DNA from: Squalus acanthias
Taxonomy: Eukaryota
DNA: 64,000 nucleotides
Direction: 5' to 3'
NCBI GenBank assembly: GCA_030390025.1
Contig: CM059430.1
Location: forward strand, 62,186,001 to 62,250,000
Shown: one piece after another, positions 36,935 to 50,705 of the stretch
How positions within the stretch are numbered: position 1 is the stretch's first letter
Layout of the letters: each line of letters starts with the position of its first letter
Made by a program: the position numbers and the translations under genes
The notes under the pieces: generated by a model
Database searches by the model: none
What the model was told of the DNA's origin: nothing
Seen by the model: the letters and a program-made list of their open reading frames with translations, nothing else

Positions 36935-38775
36935 ATGGCTGATCCCACTCCCAGGGAGAGAGCACATCACATCACGGAAGAAGCATTGGAAGCATTGATC
37001 GTGGGAGTGGAGCAATGGAGGGCAGTGCTGTTCCCGAACACTGGAAGGAAGCAATTGTCCCAGATCTTCAGGGCATTGAGAAGTGAAGTGGCTCAGGAAC
37101 TCTCGGCCAGTAGTGTGGTCACCCACAGCCTGAAACAGTGCCGGAAGAAATTCAACGACCTAACTCGGGTGGTCAAGGTGAGTAGATGCTTCAAAAGGTC
37201 CTACATGCCAGCATCTCTACCTCAGTCTGTACACACCGCACAGCACAAACCACCACACCCTCACCACTCACCCACCAAGCATCTGCACCTACTTAAACTC
37301 ACATCCACATCTCATGCCTTGACTACAATCACAGCTATTCAACTACGACAGCCATATCTACCAAACACGTAGCTGGACTCTGACTCACACACATTCGTTT
37401 ATTTGCAAGCCAAGATTGCCCAAAATAGGAGGGAGTACAAGTGAACAGGCATGGGTGCTGTGCAGCTGCAGCAGCTTTCAGACCTGGAGGTGCGAGTGCT
37501 GCGACTCAATGGGCAGAAGGTCGTGGGCTCCATGGCCCTCGGCAAAATCAAACCCCTTGGGGGCAAGCACCGTATGTTCATCTCCTCTCCTTGTCTCATC
37601 CCACTTCTCCCTTGCACATCAAGCCTTTCCGAATTTCCAGCTCCTGATACTGTCTGCATTCCTTGTTCCCTTCCTGCCCCACTGCCCTCACCTTAAAGCG
37701 AGTCTTGTGCCTTTATGCTTTCAGATAATCAGCAGCCAGATGACCAGCCTGTCCCTGAGCATCCCATTGAGAGTGAGGAAGGAGAAGAGCAGGAGAAATA
37801 AAGCAGCGCATCACTGCATCTCTCAGCCGCAGGCACCAACTCAGATACTGGCACTACGCGATCTTTAGAGGCATGTTTAGTAGAGGGGTCTGCACTGGGT
37901 GATGCACCGGGGAAGAGCGGGCTGCAGCAAGGCCAGGGGAAAAGGTTAGCCTGGGAGCCATCTCCCCGGAGGGCGAGGTCATGTGTGAGTGCTGCTGTGC
38001 AGGACTCAGATGAGGACATCGATGGGGAGGCGATCACAAGAAGGCTGATGGGCATGCACACTGAGATGATAGGTGATGAGAGGCTGTCGGCAATGGTAAG
38101 GAGCGTCGAGCAGTCCGCCTCCATCATTACACAGAGCTTTGCGCACACCATGGAGCCCATCCTTGGCAGTCTGCAAATGATGGTGGACTCCCTGAGAGAC
38201 CATGGAGACCCAGACATCATACTGCATGTCATGGGCGATGTGGCAGCATCCATTGCAGCACAGGTGGAAGCCACGCCACGTTGTATTGCTGTAATGCAGT
38301 CAATGGTTGATGCCATCGATTCTCAAACTGCTCTCATGCAGTCTGACTGCTGCTAACATCGCTGGGTCCATCTCAGTCCACCGGGGATTTCACGGTTTCG
38401 CAGCTGCCCAGTAATTTGCGTTGCAGCAGATTGATAGGGATGCTCAGGTGCTACCCTGGGTGTGTGTCAGTGGAGCAGGAACCTGCTGCCCTCTCTCAGG
38501 ATGGCAGCCTTCCTGCTCCCATCACTGCGATTCCGCCATTGCCCTTGCTGCTGCCTGTCATCAAGCCAGGCTAGCCTGACGTCGCCCATCCTGAAGTGGT
38601 GCAGTGTACAGCTGGCCCTTCCAGGCCCAGAGCTGGCCGAGGACCTCCTGCAAGGCCACCTGTAGTCTCTGGCACCGACACTCAGCAGCCTTCCACCAGC
38701 CCTGCAGCAGCTATTGGGGAGACACTACGTAGGAGCAGCAGATTAGGGAAAGGCATTGTGAAGAGGGCAAATAAG
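36935..38775 (+). pseudogene. Harbinger Myb/SANT-like gene (spliced, decayed)
   Basis: Exon 1 36935-37177 MADPTPRERAHHITEEALEALIVGVEQ...QCRKKFNDLTRVVK|GTGAGT; later exons homologous to element 1, with stops. Confidence 0.75.
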
Positions 38776-38949
38776 GGTTTGCACAAGGGTCTTTAATTAT
38801 ATTGTTGTTTTATATATGTGGTTATTGACTTTGGATACATTTATTATTGAAATCTCACAGAGATGCTGCTGTGTCACATTTCAGCTTTGGGGTGTGGTAT
38901 GGAATGAGATATTTATGGAATGATAGGGATTGGATGAGCAGCTGGGAAG

Positions 38950-40114
38950 TGGCATTGAATTCATTGGAACCGAAGTCACGGATCGCCCTTCCACAAGGCT
39001 GATGAATTGGCTGGCTCCTACATCGCTGCTGTTCGTGCTCCTGTTCCTCCTCGTCCTTCTCGTCCTGCTCCTCCTCGTCTCCCTCTTCCTCTTCCTGAGG
39101 TGCTGCGGCTATGCCTGGTGGTAATGGCTGCGCCCTTAGGATGGCCAAGTTGTGCAGCATGCAGCAGACGACGACGAAAAGTGACACCCATTCAGCCGAG
39201 TATTGGAGGGCTCCTCCTGAGCGGGGAAGGCAGCAGAACCATTGCTTGAGCACTCCCATGGTCTGCTCAATTATGTTCCTGGTGGCAGCATGGCTCACTG
39301 TGTGAGTAATGAGCACGAGTGTTGGGGTTGCGGTGGGGAGTCATGCGCCAGGTGGAGAGCGGATAGCCCTTGTTTCCCAGCAGCCATCCGTAAACTTGAT
39401 GTGGTGTCTGGAACAGAGCAGGCATGGGTTGAAGGCGTTTTGGCTGTTGCCAGGATAGAGGGCATTGATGGTGAGTATGCGCTGTGTGTGGTCACACACG
39501 AACTGCACATTATGTGAGTGGTAGCCTTTACGGTTACAGAATAACTCAGGATTGTTATGAGGTGCCCACAAAGCAACGTGGGTTCAGTCAATTGTGCCCT
39601 ACATCATGGGGAAGCCCGCTATCCTGGAAAAGCCACATGAATGCTCATGCTGCTTCTCTCTGGTCCTGGAAAAGGAAATGTAATCCCTTCTCCTTCTGTA
39701 GAGAGCGTCTGTGACCTCGCAGATGCAGCAATGGATGGCAAACTGTGCTATGTTAGATATGTCTCCTGTTGCACACTGGAATGATCTGCTGGTGTAGAAA
39801 TTGAGGGCGATGGTGACCTTGACTGCCACTGAGAGAGCCGTGGTATTCCCGAATTGAGGCTCAAGGTCAGGCGGCAGGAGGTGACAGAGATCCGTGACCA
39901 GGCCCTTGGTGAAGCGGAGCATTCTAAGACACTGCTCCTCAGTTATATTGATGTAGGAGAAATGCTGCCAGAGCATCCTGGGAGGGTAAGTCCTCCTGTT
40001 TAGAGCCCGGTTGGCCCTCCTCCCTCTGGCCACATTTTGCAATCTTTCTCTCTGCCTCCGCTGCCTCCTACATTGACGCTGGAGGTCGAGGTCCAGTGGC
40101 AGAACAGCATCCAT
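38950..40114 (-). pseudogene. Harbinger DDE transposase (HARBI1-like), disrupted
   Basis: LRFTK, ALNFYTSRSFQ, AGFP, NRKGYHSHNVQFVCD, YPG, HAATRNIIEQTMGVLKQWFCCL, VCCMLHNL motifs; stop and frameshifts. Confidence 0.88.
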
Positions 40115-41769
40115 TAAATTATGGAAATGTTGCACTTTTAAATCTCACCAAAATGGAATTGATAAAGTTTTCTCCCGAGGCAGAAGACTCCTTCAAGTGG
40201 AAAACGCTGAATTCGCTCAAAACGCCTGTTTGCCTATGTCATACTTACAAGGCAGCATTCTTTGCCGACTAAAAAAAAAACAGAGGTTGACGCCTTTAAA
40301 TAGGCTCCTCCAGCGCTCATGCGACTGCATACCGCCTCCACTACCTGTCCTTGCTACCGTCAGGTGCTCAGGCAGGGGGCGAGACTGAATTTCAGAGCTG
40401 GGGCGCTACCGGGGTGCTACCGGGGTGCTGCACACCCAGTTGACATCATGATCTCAGAGCGCAGGAGATTGTGGCGCTATTGGCTACTGCCGCCGCAAAC
40501 CTCCACCTGAATTTGGCGGGCGTCCGTACTATCGCCGCCACCGGTTACGCCCCATTCGTGCCCCCCGGAGGCGCTATCGCGAGGCGCTAAGGCAATAAAT
40601 TTCTCCCAATTGGAGCCAAATAGTGGAAGCCATGATTAAACTGTGCAAATTGGTTTGATAGCGGATACCTTAGCTAGATAAAAAAGTGCATCTAATGAGC
40701 TTCCAGATCAAGAGCTTAATCGGCAAAATTATGTGAAGAAAAGTGAGCGGTAATGTTCTCATTCGAGTGCATGGAAGGTTTCACTGTGATTTGAAGGGTA
40801 TTCTAAAGTGCCCTAATATTGCACGTGTCTACGGACGCCATACTTTAAAATGTAGGTAAGGCTTTGTGCGTTACGTCACAAATTATTACTTATACCCTCC
40901 CGATTGTTATAAGTAATCACTCACTCATCAGTTTATCTGAGGGATTTGGCCAAGTATGGAGAGTAGTGAATGCCGCCAATCAAAACCAGAACCCCCCATA
41001 GGATCCAACAACAAGAACAATCTGTATTTTATAGCGCCTTTAATATAGAAGAAAACGTCCCAAGAGTCTCGGCAAAATCGGAATAAAATGGACGTTGAAC
41101 CAAAGAAAGAAACACTACCACGTGCGACCTAAATCTTGGACAAAGAAGTGGGAATCAGTCACCTTTTAAAGTCATACATTCCATCGTAAGTTTTCTGTTT
41201 TTCCAACAGAAATTCCTGTACCCACATTTATACTGCAAACTGCACTGCCGAGGTAAACTTGTCAAGCTCTAATTACACCGTCCTGCTAATCATGGCCTTC
41301 ACTGGTGACAAGGTGTGCCGACATTTGACAAGTTTATTTTGGCAATTTCCAATAATCAAGTGGAGGTATAAATTTATAATGGTTGACGGTAACATGACAT
41401 GCGCAACGCTGTTAGATTTATTACTTTGTTCTCCCACTGAATCATGTCGGCATTCGGGCCAGTCACAGGATCAGGACACACTGGGAAATGGACCAAGGTG
41501 TGAAGTACATGATTGGTGTGGTAGTATTTCGCAGTATATTTTGGGGTGGAGTAGGGTAAGCTTTGGTCAAATGGTCGGGTAGCACTAGATGGGAAGTCCC
41601 AATGCTCTTGCCCAATACAAGAAGAGGAAAATTGTCCCTTTTAATTTGTTTTAATGTAACTTGAATTCCCGTCCTCGTCATTTTATTTGTAGGATAAATA
41701 ATGTCCAGCAACTGAAACTGCTGAAATATTCCACAGAATGATTTAACCTTGTTCACGATGAACTACTTA

Positions 41770-43731
41770 CTATCTTGTATCTGGAATGCAAAGATAAACC
41801 CTGGGTTCTATTCTCCTCTGCTAACTGCTGAAGTAGTGCCTTCACCGGTGACAACTGCTAATCTTCTTAAACCCCTCTCCCCTGTCTCCTCCACCCTTAC
41901 CTCCGACAACACGTGTGAGGAGCTCATGGACTGCATTGTTTCTAAGATTGAGACCATCTGTTCAGCTGCTTCTGCCACTTTCCTTCCTTCCCCTAGCCTA
42001 CCAGGTCAAGCTTCCTCTGAGGTTCCCCCTGCCCTTGTCCTGAACTCACATCTTTCTCTACTTTCTCTCCGATCCCCCCTCATGACCTCTCCGCGCTCAT
42101 CGTCTTCATGAATCTCACTTCTGCTCCCTCGACCCTATTTCCAGCAAATTGCTGACCGCCCAAATTCCTTTTCCGACTCCCATGTTAGCTGACATTGTTA
42201 ACGGTTCACTCTACTCAGGTACTCTCCCCATCCCCTTCAAATCATCCCTCTCCTCGAAAAACCAACCCTTGAACCCTCAGTCCTTGCAAACTACCGTCCC
42301 ATCGCCAACCTCCTTTTCCTCTCCAAAGCTCTTGAACATGTTGTCTCCGAAATCCGTGCCCCTCTTTCCCATAACTTCATGTTTGAATGCCTCCAATCAG
42401 GTTTCCGCGCCTGCCACAGTACCGAAACAGCTCTCATCAAAGTCACAAATTACATCGTTTGTGACTGTGACTGTGACAAAGGTAAACTATCCCTTCTCCT
42501 CCTTCTTGGCTTGTCTGCAGACTTTGACACGGTTTACAACTCCATCCTTCTCCACAATCGTCTAGCTGGGTGGGACTGCACTCCCCTGGTTCCATTCTTA
42601 TCTATCTAATCGTAGCCAGAGAATCACCTGCAATAGCTTCTCTTCCTGCTCCCACATCGTTACCCCTGATGTCCCCCAAGGATCTATCGTTAGTCCCCTC
42701 TAATTTTTCATCTACATGCGGCCCCTTGACGACATCATTGGAAAACACAGCATCAGTTTCCACCTATACGTGATGACACCCAGCTCTACCTCACTCCCAC
42801 TTCTCTCGACACCTCCACGTTCTCTAAATGTTCAGACTACTTGTCCGGAATCCAGTTCTGGATGAGCAGAAATTGTCTCCAATTAAATATTTGGAAGACT
42901 GAAGCTATTGTTTTTGGTCCCCGTCAAAATCCCCGTTCCTTAGCCACTGACTCCATCCCTCTTCCTAACATCTGTCTGAGGCTGAACCACACTGTTCGCA
43001 ACCTTGGTGTTATATTTGACCATGAAATGAGCTTCCGACCACATATCCATGGCATAACTAAGATCACCTATTTCCAACTCTGTAACATTGCACGTCACCA
43101 CCCCTGCCTCAACTCATCTGCTGCTGAAACCCTCATCCATGACTTTGTTATCTCTGGCTTGACTATTCCAACGCCGTCTTGGCTGGCCTCCCACATTCTA
43201 CCCTACGTAAACTTGAGGTCATCCAAAACTCGGCTGCCCATGTCCTAACTTGCAAAGAGTCCTGTTCAACCATCACCATTGTGCTCATTGCCCTACATTG
43301 GTTCCCAGTTAAGCAACGCCTCGATTTTTAAATTCTCATCCTTGTTTTCAAATCCCTCCATGGCCTCGCCCCTCCCAATCTCTGAAATCTCCTCCAGCCC
43401 CACAACCCCCCTAGACATCTGCGCTCCTCTTAATTCTGCCTTCTTGAGCATCCCTGTTTATAATCGCTCAACCATTGGTGGTCGTGCCTTCTGTTGCCTA
43501 GGCCCTAAGCTCTGGAATTCCCTGCCGAAACCCCTCCGCCTCTCTAACTCTCTTTCCTCCTTTAAGATGCTCCTTAAGACCGACCTCTTTGACCAAGCTT
43601 TTGGTCACCTGCCCTAATTTCAATTTATGTGGCTCCGTGTCAAATGTTTTGTCTTATAATACTCCTGTGAAGCGCCTTGGGACGTTTTACTACGTTAAAG
43701 GCGCTATATAAGTAAAACTTGTTGTTGTTGT
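41770..43731 (+). mobile_element. L2-clade LINE, 5'-truncated
   Basis: LQSGFRACHSTETALIKV, DDTQLY, N..KTEAIVF, LGVIFD, GPKLWNSLP motifs; (TTG)n tail. Confidence 0.88.
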
Positions 43732-45544
43732 AGCGCATCGTATCATAAGTCACTGACTCTGCTTATATTATGTACGTCTGCATCAACCATTTTTTAAAAG
43801 TTAAGGTAAATGTTATAAAATATAGTCAATCTCCCATAGTGCTGCACAAGGCGAGTCAAACTGAAGTGTAGTCATCAGGTGCAGCAAGGTTATAGGCTGG
43901 GTGATATGTGGAGTAGTCCGTCCATACCTATCTCGATACCCATTTAAAGTCGTATAGATTTGTCCTGTGAATTTATTTTATAAGGTACATTTCCCGTCTT
44001 AAACCAGTTAGGCTGCAATTACGCTCTCCATCCAGTGACGGCGCTGCAATGTGTCTAATGCGTGGAGGGCGTAATTACAGCTTGACAAACTTACAGAAGG
44101 AATTGCCATTTAAATGCGGCTAAATGAATTGATAATGGTAAAGTTGACAGGTAGTATGCACGGATATAATATATCGTACTGAGGGAATGTTGCACTGTTT
44201 TAAGTGCTGTCTTTAAGATTAACTAAGGACGCAAATGCCTGTTTAGGTAGAATTCAAATATCCCATGGCATTTTTAAGATGAACGCTCCGTTCTCCCAGT
44301 TTCTCATTAGCAAACCTTCGAAAATTAACAGCTTATTCAACTTATTTGGTGTTTGCGCGCGGTTTATTCAGTGTTATTGAACATATGACGCCACAGTTAA
44401 TATCTGCACATGGCTAAATTATATCAGCAGTTGTTTCTGTGTCTACTTATACTCAACACATGAAGTGACAACCGAAATATAACCTGATTTTGAATATTTC
44501 TTATTTTAGTATAACTTAACTTCAAACTCCATTCCTCCTTTTACAAATCGGTTGCGTGAATTTTGCATTAATCGTGGTGAATGGTGTGAGGGCTGAGGAG
44601 TGGGACGATTTCCTGCTTTACTTATGTAGTTGTCCGCTGTGTGCTATGCATAACAGAATTCCGGACCCGTTTTTAACGAATAGGTTTGCAATTTTGTTAC
44701 ATTAATAGAGAGGCAATTTCATGATGTCAGCACGACCCTGAAGCAAGGCAGGCATGAGTTCACCATATGGCTCAAACCCAACCTGAGTAGAAATCAGGCA
44801 TGTAGACCAGTAGATGTTTTTCACTCCCATACTAATTATCCTGTGGTTTTTCTCAGTGAGAGTGACAATTAGTTCCAAAATGTTCGATTTTGTTCTGTGA
44901 CCCATGCAAAGCAGGAACAGGCCAAGCCTATTTCGGACGTTTACTGTCAGGATGAAAATAACATCTGCCATTAAATTTCAATGCCACAGAAGTGCACGTT
45001 GCCACTGAACGGAATTGCAAGAAATTTTGTGAGAGCTTTTGAAGCAATGTTTTAACTGGTTTCTGAACATGATTAATTGAACTAACAAATTAATCAATCA
45101 ATCAAATGGCGTTTTTCTCACCAACTGCGGGGGATATAAATGAATCACGTTGTTTCAATCACATAGCACAGTAACATAAATCATTAAATAGGTGTATGAA
45201 ATATCTGTGGTTACATAAATCACTAGCCGATTGAATATTGTTCCTTAAGGACAAAACTGTTCAAAATTTCATTCTTTACATTGCTTTAATGTTCCATGCA
45301 AAAAACTGCAGCCAAAGTTAACGTATTCAAAGAGGTAAATAAAGGCTTATTTACCTTTCTGTTGTCATGATTGCTCAGCAATGTCTCTTTTTTTGTTGTA
45401 CAGAGTGGGTGGTGGGGGTGGGGGGAGGGGGGATTGTTTTTTTACAAAACATCATGTCTGGTGTCTTCTGAGAAAGGTTGTGTTCACTGAACTCAGAAAC
45501 GAGTAGCAGTAAGTGCATTCTCGCTATTCTCTACACAGACTATT

Positions 45545-48290
45545 ATGGGCAGACTATTGGGAGCTGTCGGCATCTGCCTTTTTGGGTTTGTTTTCCGCTG
45601 AGAGGGTGATATCGCTGGAAAGCCCTTACACTGCAAGCTGGGGCTTCTTAGATAGGTGCAAACTTCCGTCGTAAAATGTTCTCAAAATCTGATGAAAACA
45701 CAGAAAATTCTATTGTATCAATTGGGTTAAATGTTTTCTTCTTAATTTTGGAATTCGGATGTTGCAAGCCTTGTTTCCAGCTGTAAACCTCAGCTTAATG
45801 GTGAAACGAAAAACAAATGATTTTCAAATAATCGAGTAATTTGATTGTTTCCTCTTTATTTAATTTGTACTATTTGTTGCTTTTTAGAAATGAAAACCTA
45901 ATTTAAACCCGTCAGATGTTAGTGTTATACAGCGATGCAATCTTCGAGATTGCGTGTGTTGGCATTCTCCCACCAGAATGGTGAGGTTTTAAATTCCCAT
46001 AGACATTAAAGCGACAGGCTGAGAATTTGTTAATTCTGGAATTGACCAACGCGCTCGTGTTTCTGTCAGTTCTGAGTGACTTTGGTCCAGGTATTGAGTA
46101 GGTGGTGGAACCGATGTTGTCCCGTATGAGAAACTAAGATCCAAGTGCCATGGTGCAACTCACTTTCAAGTTTGAATAGAATTGTGGAACAGACGAGGTA
46201 AAATCGAAATCAGGTTACTAAAGTGTATTTGTATCGTTAATACGTAACTGTCTACATTCTGCTATGCTGGTTCTGGATTCAGAGGTGAAATTACAATGAA
46301 TATAGGCTGTTACTATAAATCACGCCTTAATGTCCTCTTAACGTCTTGCGCATTCATAATGATACTAGATACACCGATTATAGGAAGATTTTATAATTCA
46401 TAATAAAACACTTAAAATGATCTGGCCTGTACAGTAACTTCCAGCTGTGACCGTGTGATAAAACTGGATGTAAATGGGAAATAATTAATATTGGTACAAC
46501 ATAGGCATTGTCCAATCATTTATTTTGATAACCACTCACTGACACTTACTTTTTGAAATTGCCCAGTACTATGTTAGACCGAGTATCAACTCCACTGATT
46601 CTGTTTCTTCTAACTCAGATATTGAAGACATGTCCCAAACTTGCTCTTGATTGGTTGTCAATGGGCTAGTCATCACGCCCTGGTGGAAATCCATTAACTT
46701 CGTATCTCCGAATCCAGATTAATTGCCCTGTAATTCCGTGGTGCACCAACCAGTCGCTGGCGAGAGAACGATGGCAGCCCCAATGAATTTATTCTCTGGG
46801 GATTCCAGCGTCTCCTACCAGTGTGGCGTGCTGCACTGATGTTAGTCCCTGGAATATCGGGAAATGCTTCGTAGAATTTGTGCGGGGGATCTCCAAATCT
46901 CCAGATCTAACTTCGGCAGGATATCACAATCTCTGTCACCTCTTCCAGCCCTACAACCCTCCGAAAACTCAGCGTTCCTTCAATCCCGTCCCCTTGTGCA
47001 CCCGTGGATTAAGCTGCCTATGCCCTAAACTCTGGAATTCAATCCCTAAACCTCTCTGCCTCTCTACCCCTCTCTCCCCCTTTAAGATATATAACCTATC
47101 ACTTTGACTAAGCTTTTGGTCATCTGTTGTAATATCTCCTTATATGTTTGTTTATCAAGTTTTGTTTGATAGCACTCCTGCGAAGCCACTTGGGACTTTT
47201 AACTACATAAAAGGCTCTATATAAAGTTGTTGTTAATGTGGCAGAATTCATTGAGCAATGATGCGAACACCTTAAAACGCATAAATTTGGAGCATAATTG
47301 GACATTAATGGATAAATACTGGGGTGCTGACTTTGATTGGGGTTCAAATAAGAACTTTAAATGAATCTCTTTTTTATTCCTGGTGATTTATTTTGATTCA
47401 TCAAGATGTTGACCCCGAAGTTCTGCTCGGGGTTTGTCCGGTTTCCCGCCTTCACTTACAGATCGACAGAAAATTCAGGAAAATGGCAATTCTAGGTAAT
47501 GTGGAGAGGTTAACAGTACATAATAGGCGACATGAACTACTCAGAGGTAGCCTGGGTGAAAATAATAGTTTCCGTTCAAGGTAGGTAGAATTTCTTAGAA
47601 TCCACCCTATACTGTTTCCTTTGCGAGTCCCAAACGGAAGGATGTAGTGCTAGTTTCGGTTACGGGCAGTAAAACAGGATAAGTAAGTGAGCTGAACCCA
47701 GAACCTTACCCGCTCGGTGCAACTATTGGGATGGGATGCTACCAATTACTATCCAAATCATGTTAATGGATAAAAAGCATGGACTGCACATGTTGAAGTT
47801 TCTGATTTGCCCAGTCTTTGGTTAAAGCTCCATAATTGGAAGCATGATCTCTGAAAATTAGATCCTTCTGTATCAAATGGAATCGATAGAGGGATGGCTT
47901 GGTCATAGAAAGCTAAGAATAGGGGTTAATTCGCAGTATTTGAACTAGGAAAGTATGGATAATGGCGTGTCTTTGAATCCTGTCTAGGTATCTTTATTTT
48001 TACATTTGTATTAATAAATTAAGCACATGCATGTCCACAGCTACTGTTACCATACTCCTATTGTTTTAAAACAGAGCACTGTTTAAATAGTGTGTTATGA
48101 ATATAGAATGGTATATCCTACGGAGCTCGCTACAAACTTGGTTTCCCCGTTGATTGGTTACTGCGGCGAAATCAACTACAACAACGAAGCCAATTGCTTG
48201 TGTGGGATCCGAGGTCCCGATTGTAAGCTGTGGAAACCATTTGCTGGATATAATGAAAGGTCAATTTTCCCAGAATTTTAACGATAATGT
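45545..48290 (+). pseudogene. Possible ancient inverted relic of the same family (leader, V and C1 remnants)
   Basis: 45545-45605 MGRLLGAVGICLFGFVFR*E|GT (61 nt). ~46567-46890 in one frame: TCS*...PWWK...NLFSGDSSVSYQCGVLH, with stops. ~48041-48290 CAG|CT...IVC..VYPTEL..(frameshift)TWF. Confidence 0.4.
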
Positions 48291-49077
48291 GCAGTAAGCG
48301 ATTAATACAGAATCGGCGAATTAAATACCTTTCTGAGTGGGGTGGGTGTCGGGGGGGGGGGGTGGTTGGGGTGAGAAAGTATAAAACGTGTTGCCACAGA
48401 GTTACTATAGAGACCATGGAAAGAATTTCAATCTGTTTGAGCCGTTAAGTGGATTATCCATTCTTATACACGCATTATTGCATAGAAATACACAGAATTT
48501 ACAGCATAGAAACAGTCCATTCGACCCAAGCGTTCTATGCCGGTGTTTATGCTCCGTACGAACCTCCTCCCACCCTACTTCATCTAACCCTATCAACATA
48601 TTACCAGACTTCGTCCTTACTTTTAGTATGTGCTCATTGTAATATAAAGCGAAACTGTTTAATTGCAGCAATGATTATTGAGCATTGCGCCAGCAGCAAA
48701 AAAAAATTATCTGCAAATCTACCAGGACGGAGAAAGCGAAGCGGTCCTCTCACAGCCACTATAACTTTGGGTCATGCATATGAACAGTTCAACCATCTTG
48801 TATATAATCGCAGACAGTGTATTCAGTAAGACGAAGCGCAATCTTCTGAACTGTCCTGTATTCATTCAACAAAAGCAAAACACTGCGGATGCTGGAAATC
48901 TGAAATAAAAACAGAAAATGCTGTAAAACCCTCAGCAGGGCAGGCAGAATCTGTAGGGAGAGAAACAGAACTGATGAATGGTCATCGACCTGAAACGTTA
49001 ACTCTGGTTTTCTCTCCATAGATGCTGCCTGGCCTGCTGAGTGTTTTTCAGCACTTTCCTTATCTTTATTCCTTCAA

Positions 49078-50395
49078 TGTTACAACGGGGAATACCTGTC
49101 CACTTACTACCGTCTGCCAGTCACTCTTGTTATGATGCTGAACTGCTGGTTACAGGCAGCCTGGGAGCAGGATTTGTAAGGGGTATCTTAATCGCTCCCA
49201 CACCCCTCCGGTTCCTAGACTTTGGACTTATTTAGGGGTTGTGAACAAAATTGCAGTAAACAGGTTCTGATGAAAGAATTTTACTTTATTTAAAGAAAAA
49301 GGTAACAAACTTGAAACACACTTATTACTTAAACACAGATTTGGGGAGCACACGGTACAAGCGAGAGAAATGACAATATATCAAACAAAACCTTATCCCT
49401 CCCAAAGATCCCACTATATGGCTAGGTTTTTGGTTTCAGAAGATCAGGGATAATGCTCACCAACGAATCCTTGACAGGATATTGGAGTCTTTTGTTTAAA
49501 AAGACTCCGTAAGGCCCTTGTTGCTGCGAGGTGTCCAATGGTCACTGAGGTAGTCGCTCTGGTTTCTTCTTGCATGCTGGTCTTCTGGCCTTCTTCCTCG
49601 TGTCTTGTGGTAGGTTTTGCTGGAGCAGGGAGAGAGCTGTTTCCGCGTCGTCAGCCAGTCTGAAAGAAAGAGAGATTATGGCACAGGCTTTCAAATTGTA
49701 CTGTTTCTTTTTCGCGCCCAAAAAACCCCTAATAAAATGGATTCCTTTAGGTTGCAAATGAACCTTGCTTAGTCCAATTGTCTGGTTTTGGCGGGCTTGC
49801 CAGTTCCGATAGTTTTTGCTCAGTGTTAAACATGTCTTGATCGTTTTCCAATATAAACACAGCCTTATCTACGCGCCAAATCTCCACCCTATTGTCCTAG
49901 GTCTGTTGGCAGGCTTTTAAATCTGTTCTGTGGATACCTGGTTGATTGTTTTTTTGGATGGGATAATGGCTATGAAACTGTGTGATCGAAGTTTTGTTGT
50001 CATTGAATCGTTTTTAGATTTCCAGCATCTTGTTTGCCCCTGGGGATTCATATTTGAATGTGTTTGTGAGTTTTTGCTTTGTCTCTTGCACCTGGGTAGG
50101 ATTTGTTGTGTAAACAATTCCCAGACAGCTTGATTTGTTCACTGCCCGGCCACGCCCCTCGCAGCTTGTGTCTGAAAGGTGTCTCTCCCAACAGTAAGAT
50201 TCAAAAAAAGTCAGTTTCCTCAGGTTTTTTCTTCCCTGATCTTTAGGTTTTTACATCAAATCACTTCACTTAGGCCCCATCATCCCAAGTTTGTATGAAA
50301 AGTCCAAAAATCACTCCCTTTAGGGCTCTGTTCGAGTTTCTGGGGGATTTTGCGAAGCCTACAGATTTCCGTCTGAAAGTGCCCCTCCTGTGACA
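49078..50395 (-). mobile_element. Possible solo LTR
   Basis: TGTTACA...TGTGACA ends, minus-strand AATAAA near 49286, no coding signal; no clear TSD. Confidence 0.3.
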
Positions 50396-50573
50396 TCCCG
50401 AATGATGGTGTCTTGCCTCTGCCCACTGTCCTGATGTGGTTGAAGCCGGACGGCTTGATGCCGCATTACAAATGCTTTGTAAAATCTACTCCTTGTTCGC
50501 CTCCAACTTTTAGTTCTGAGATGTAAAACACTGTGACAGGAACGTCTTGAATTAGTAACATTCCTCACAAAAT

Positions 50574-50705
50574 TGTAGTTTCTGGACAAATGTCTAAAAT
50601 CCAACAGATTTCGGATAGTAAAGCACAAATGGTTACAATTATGGAGAAATTTCTGCTTCACTGGTAGAACTCTTTTGGATTTTAGACATTTGTCCAGAAC
50701 CTACA
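50574..50705. repeat. 35-bp inverted repeat (foldback or MITE-like)
   Basis: TGTAGTTTCTGGACAAATGTCTAAAATCCAACAGA versus the reverse complement of TCTTTTGGATTTTAGACATTTGTCCAGAACCTACA; 2 mismatches. Confidence 0.8.

Larger units (their letters stand above)
36596..40607. mobile_element. PIF/Harbinger DNA transposon 2 (decayed), ~0.8 kb upstream of gene B
   Basis: TIR-like GGGGGAAGAAAATCGTTATTGCC / GGCAATAAATTTCTCCC, flanked by ATT and AAT; convergent Myb and transposase genes. Confidence 0.88.

Noticed and set aside
36935-40114. Domesticated host genes HARBI1 or NAIF1/MSANTD
   Set aside because: Both ORFs are disrupted, enclosed by TIRs and present in two copies; these are transposon relics.
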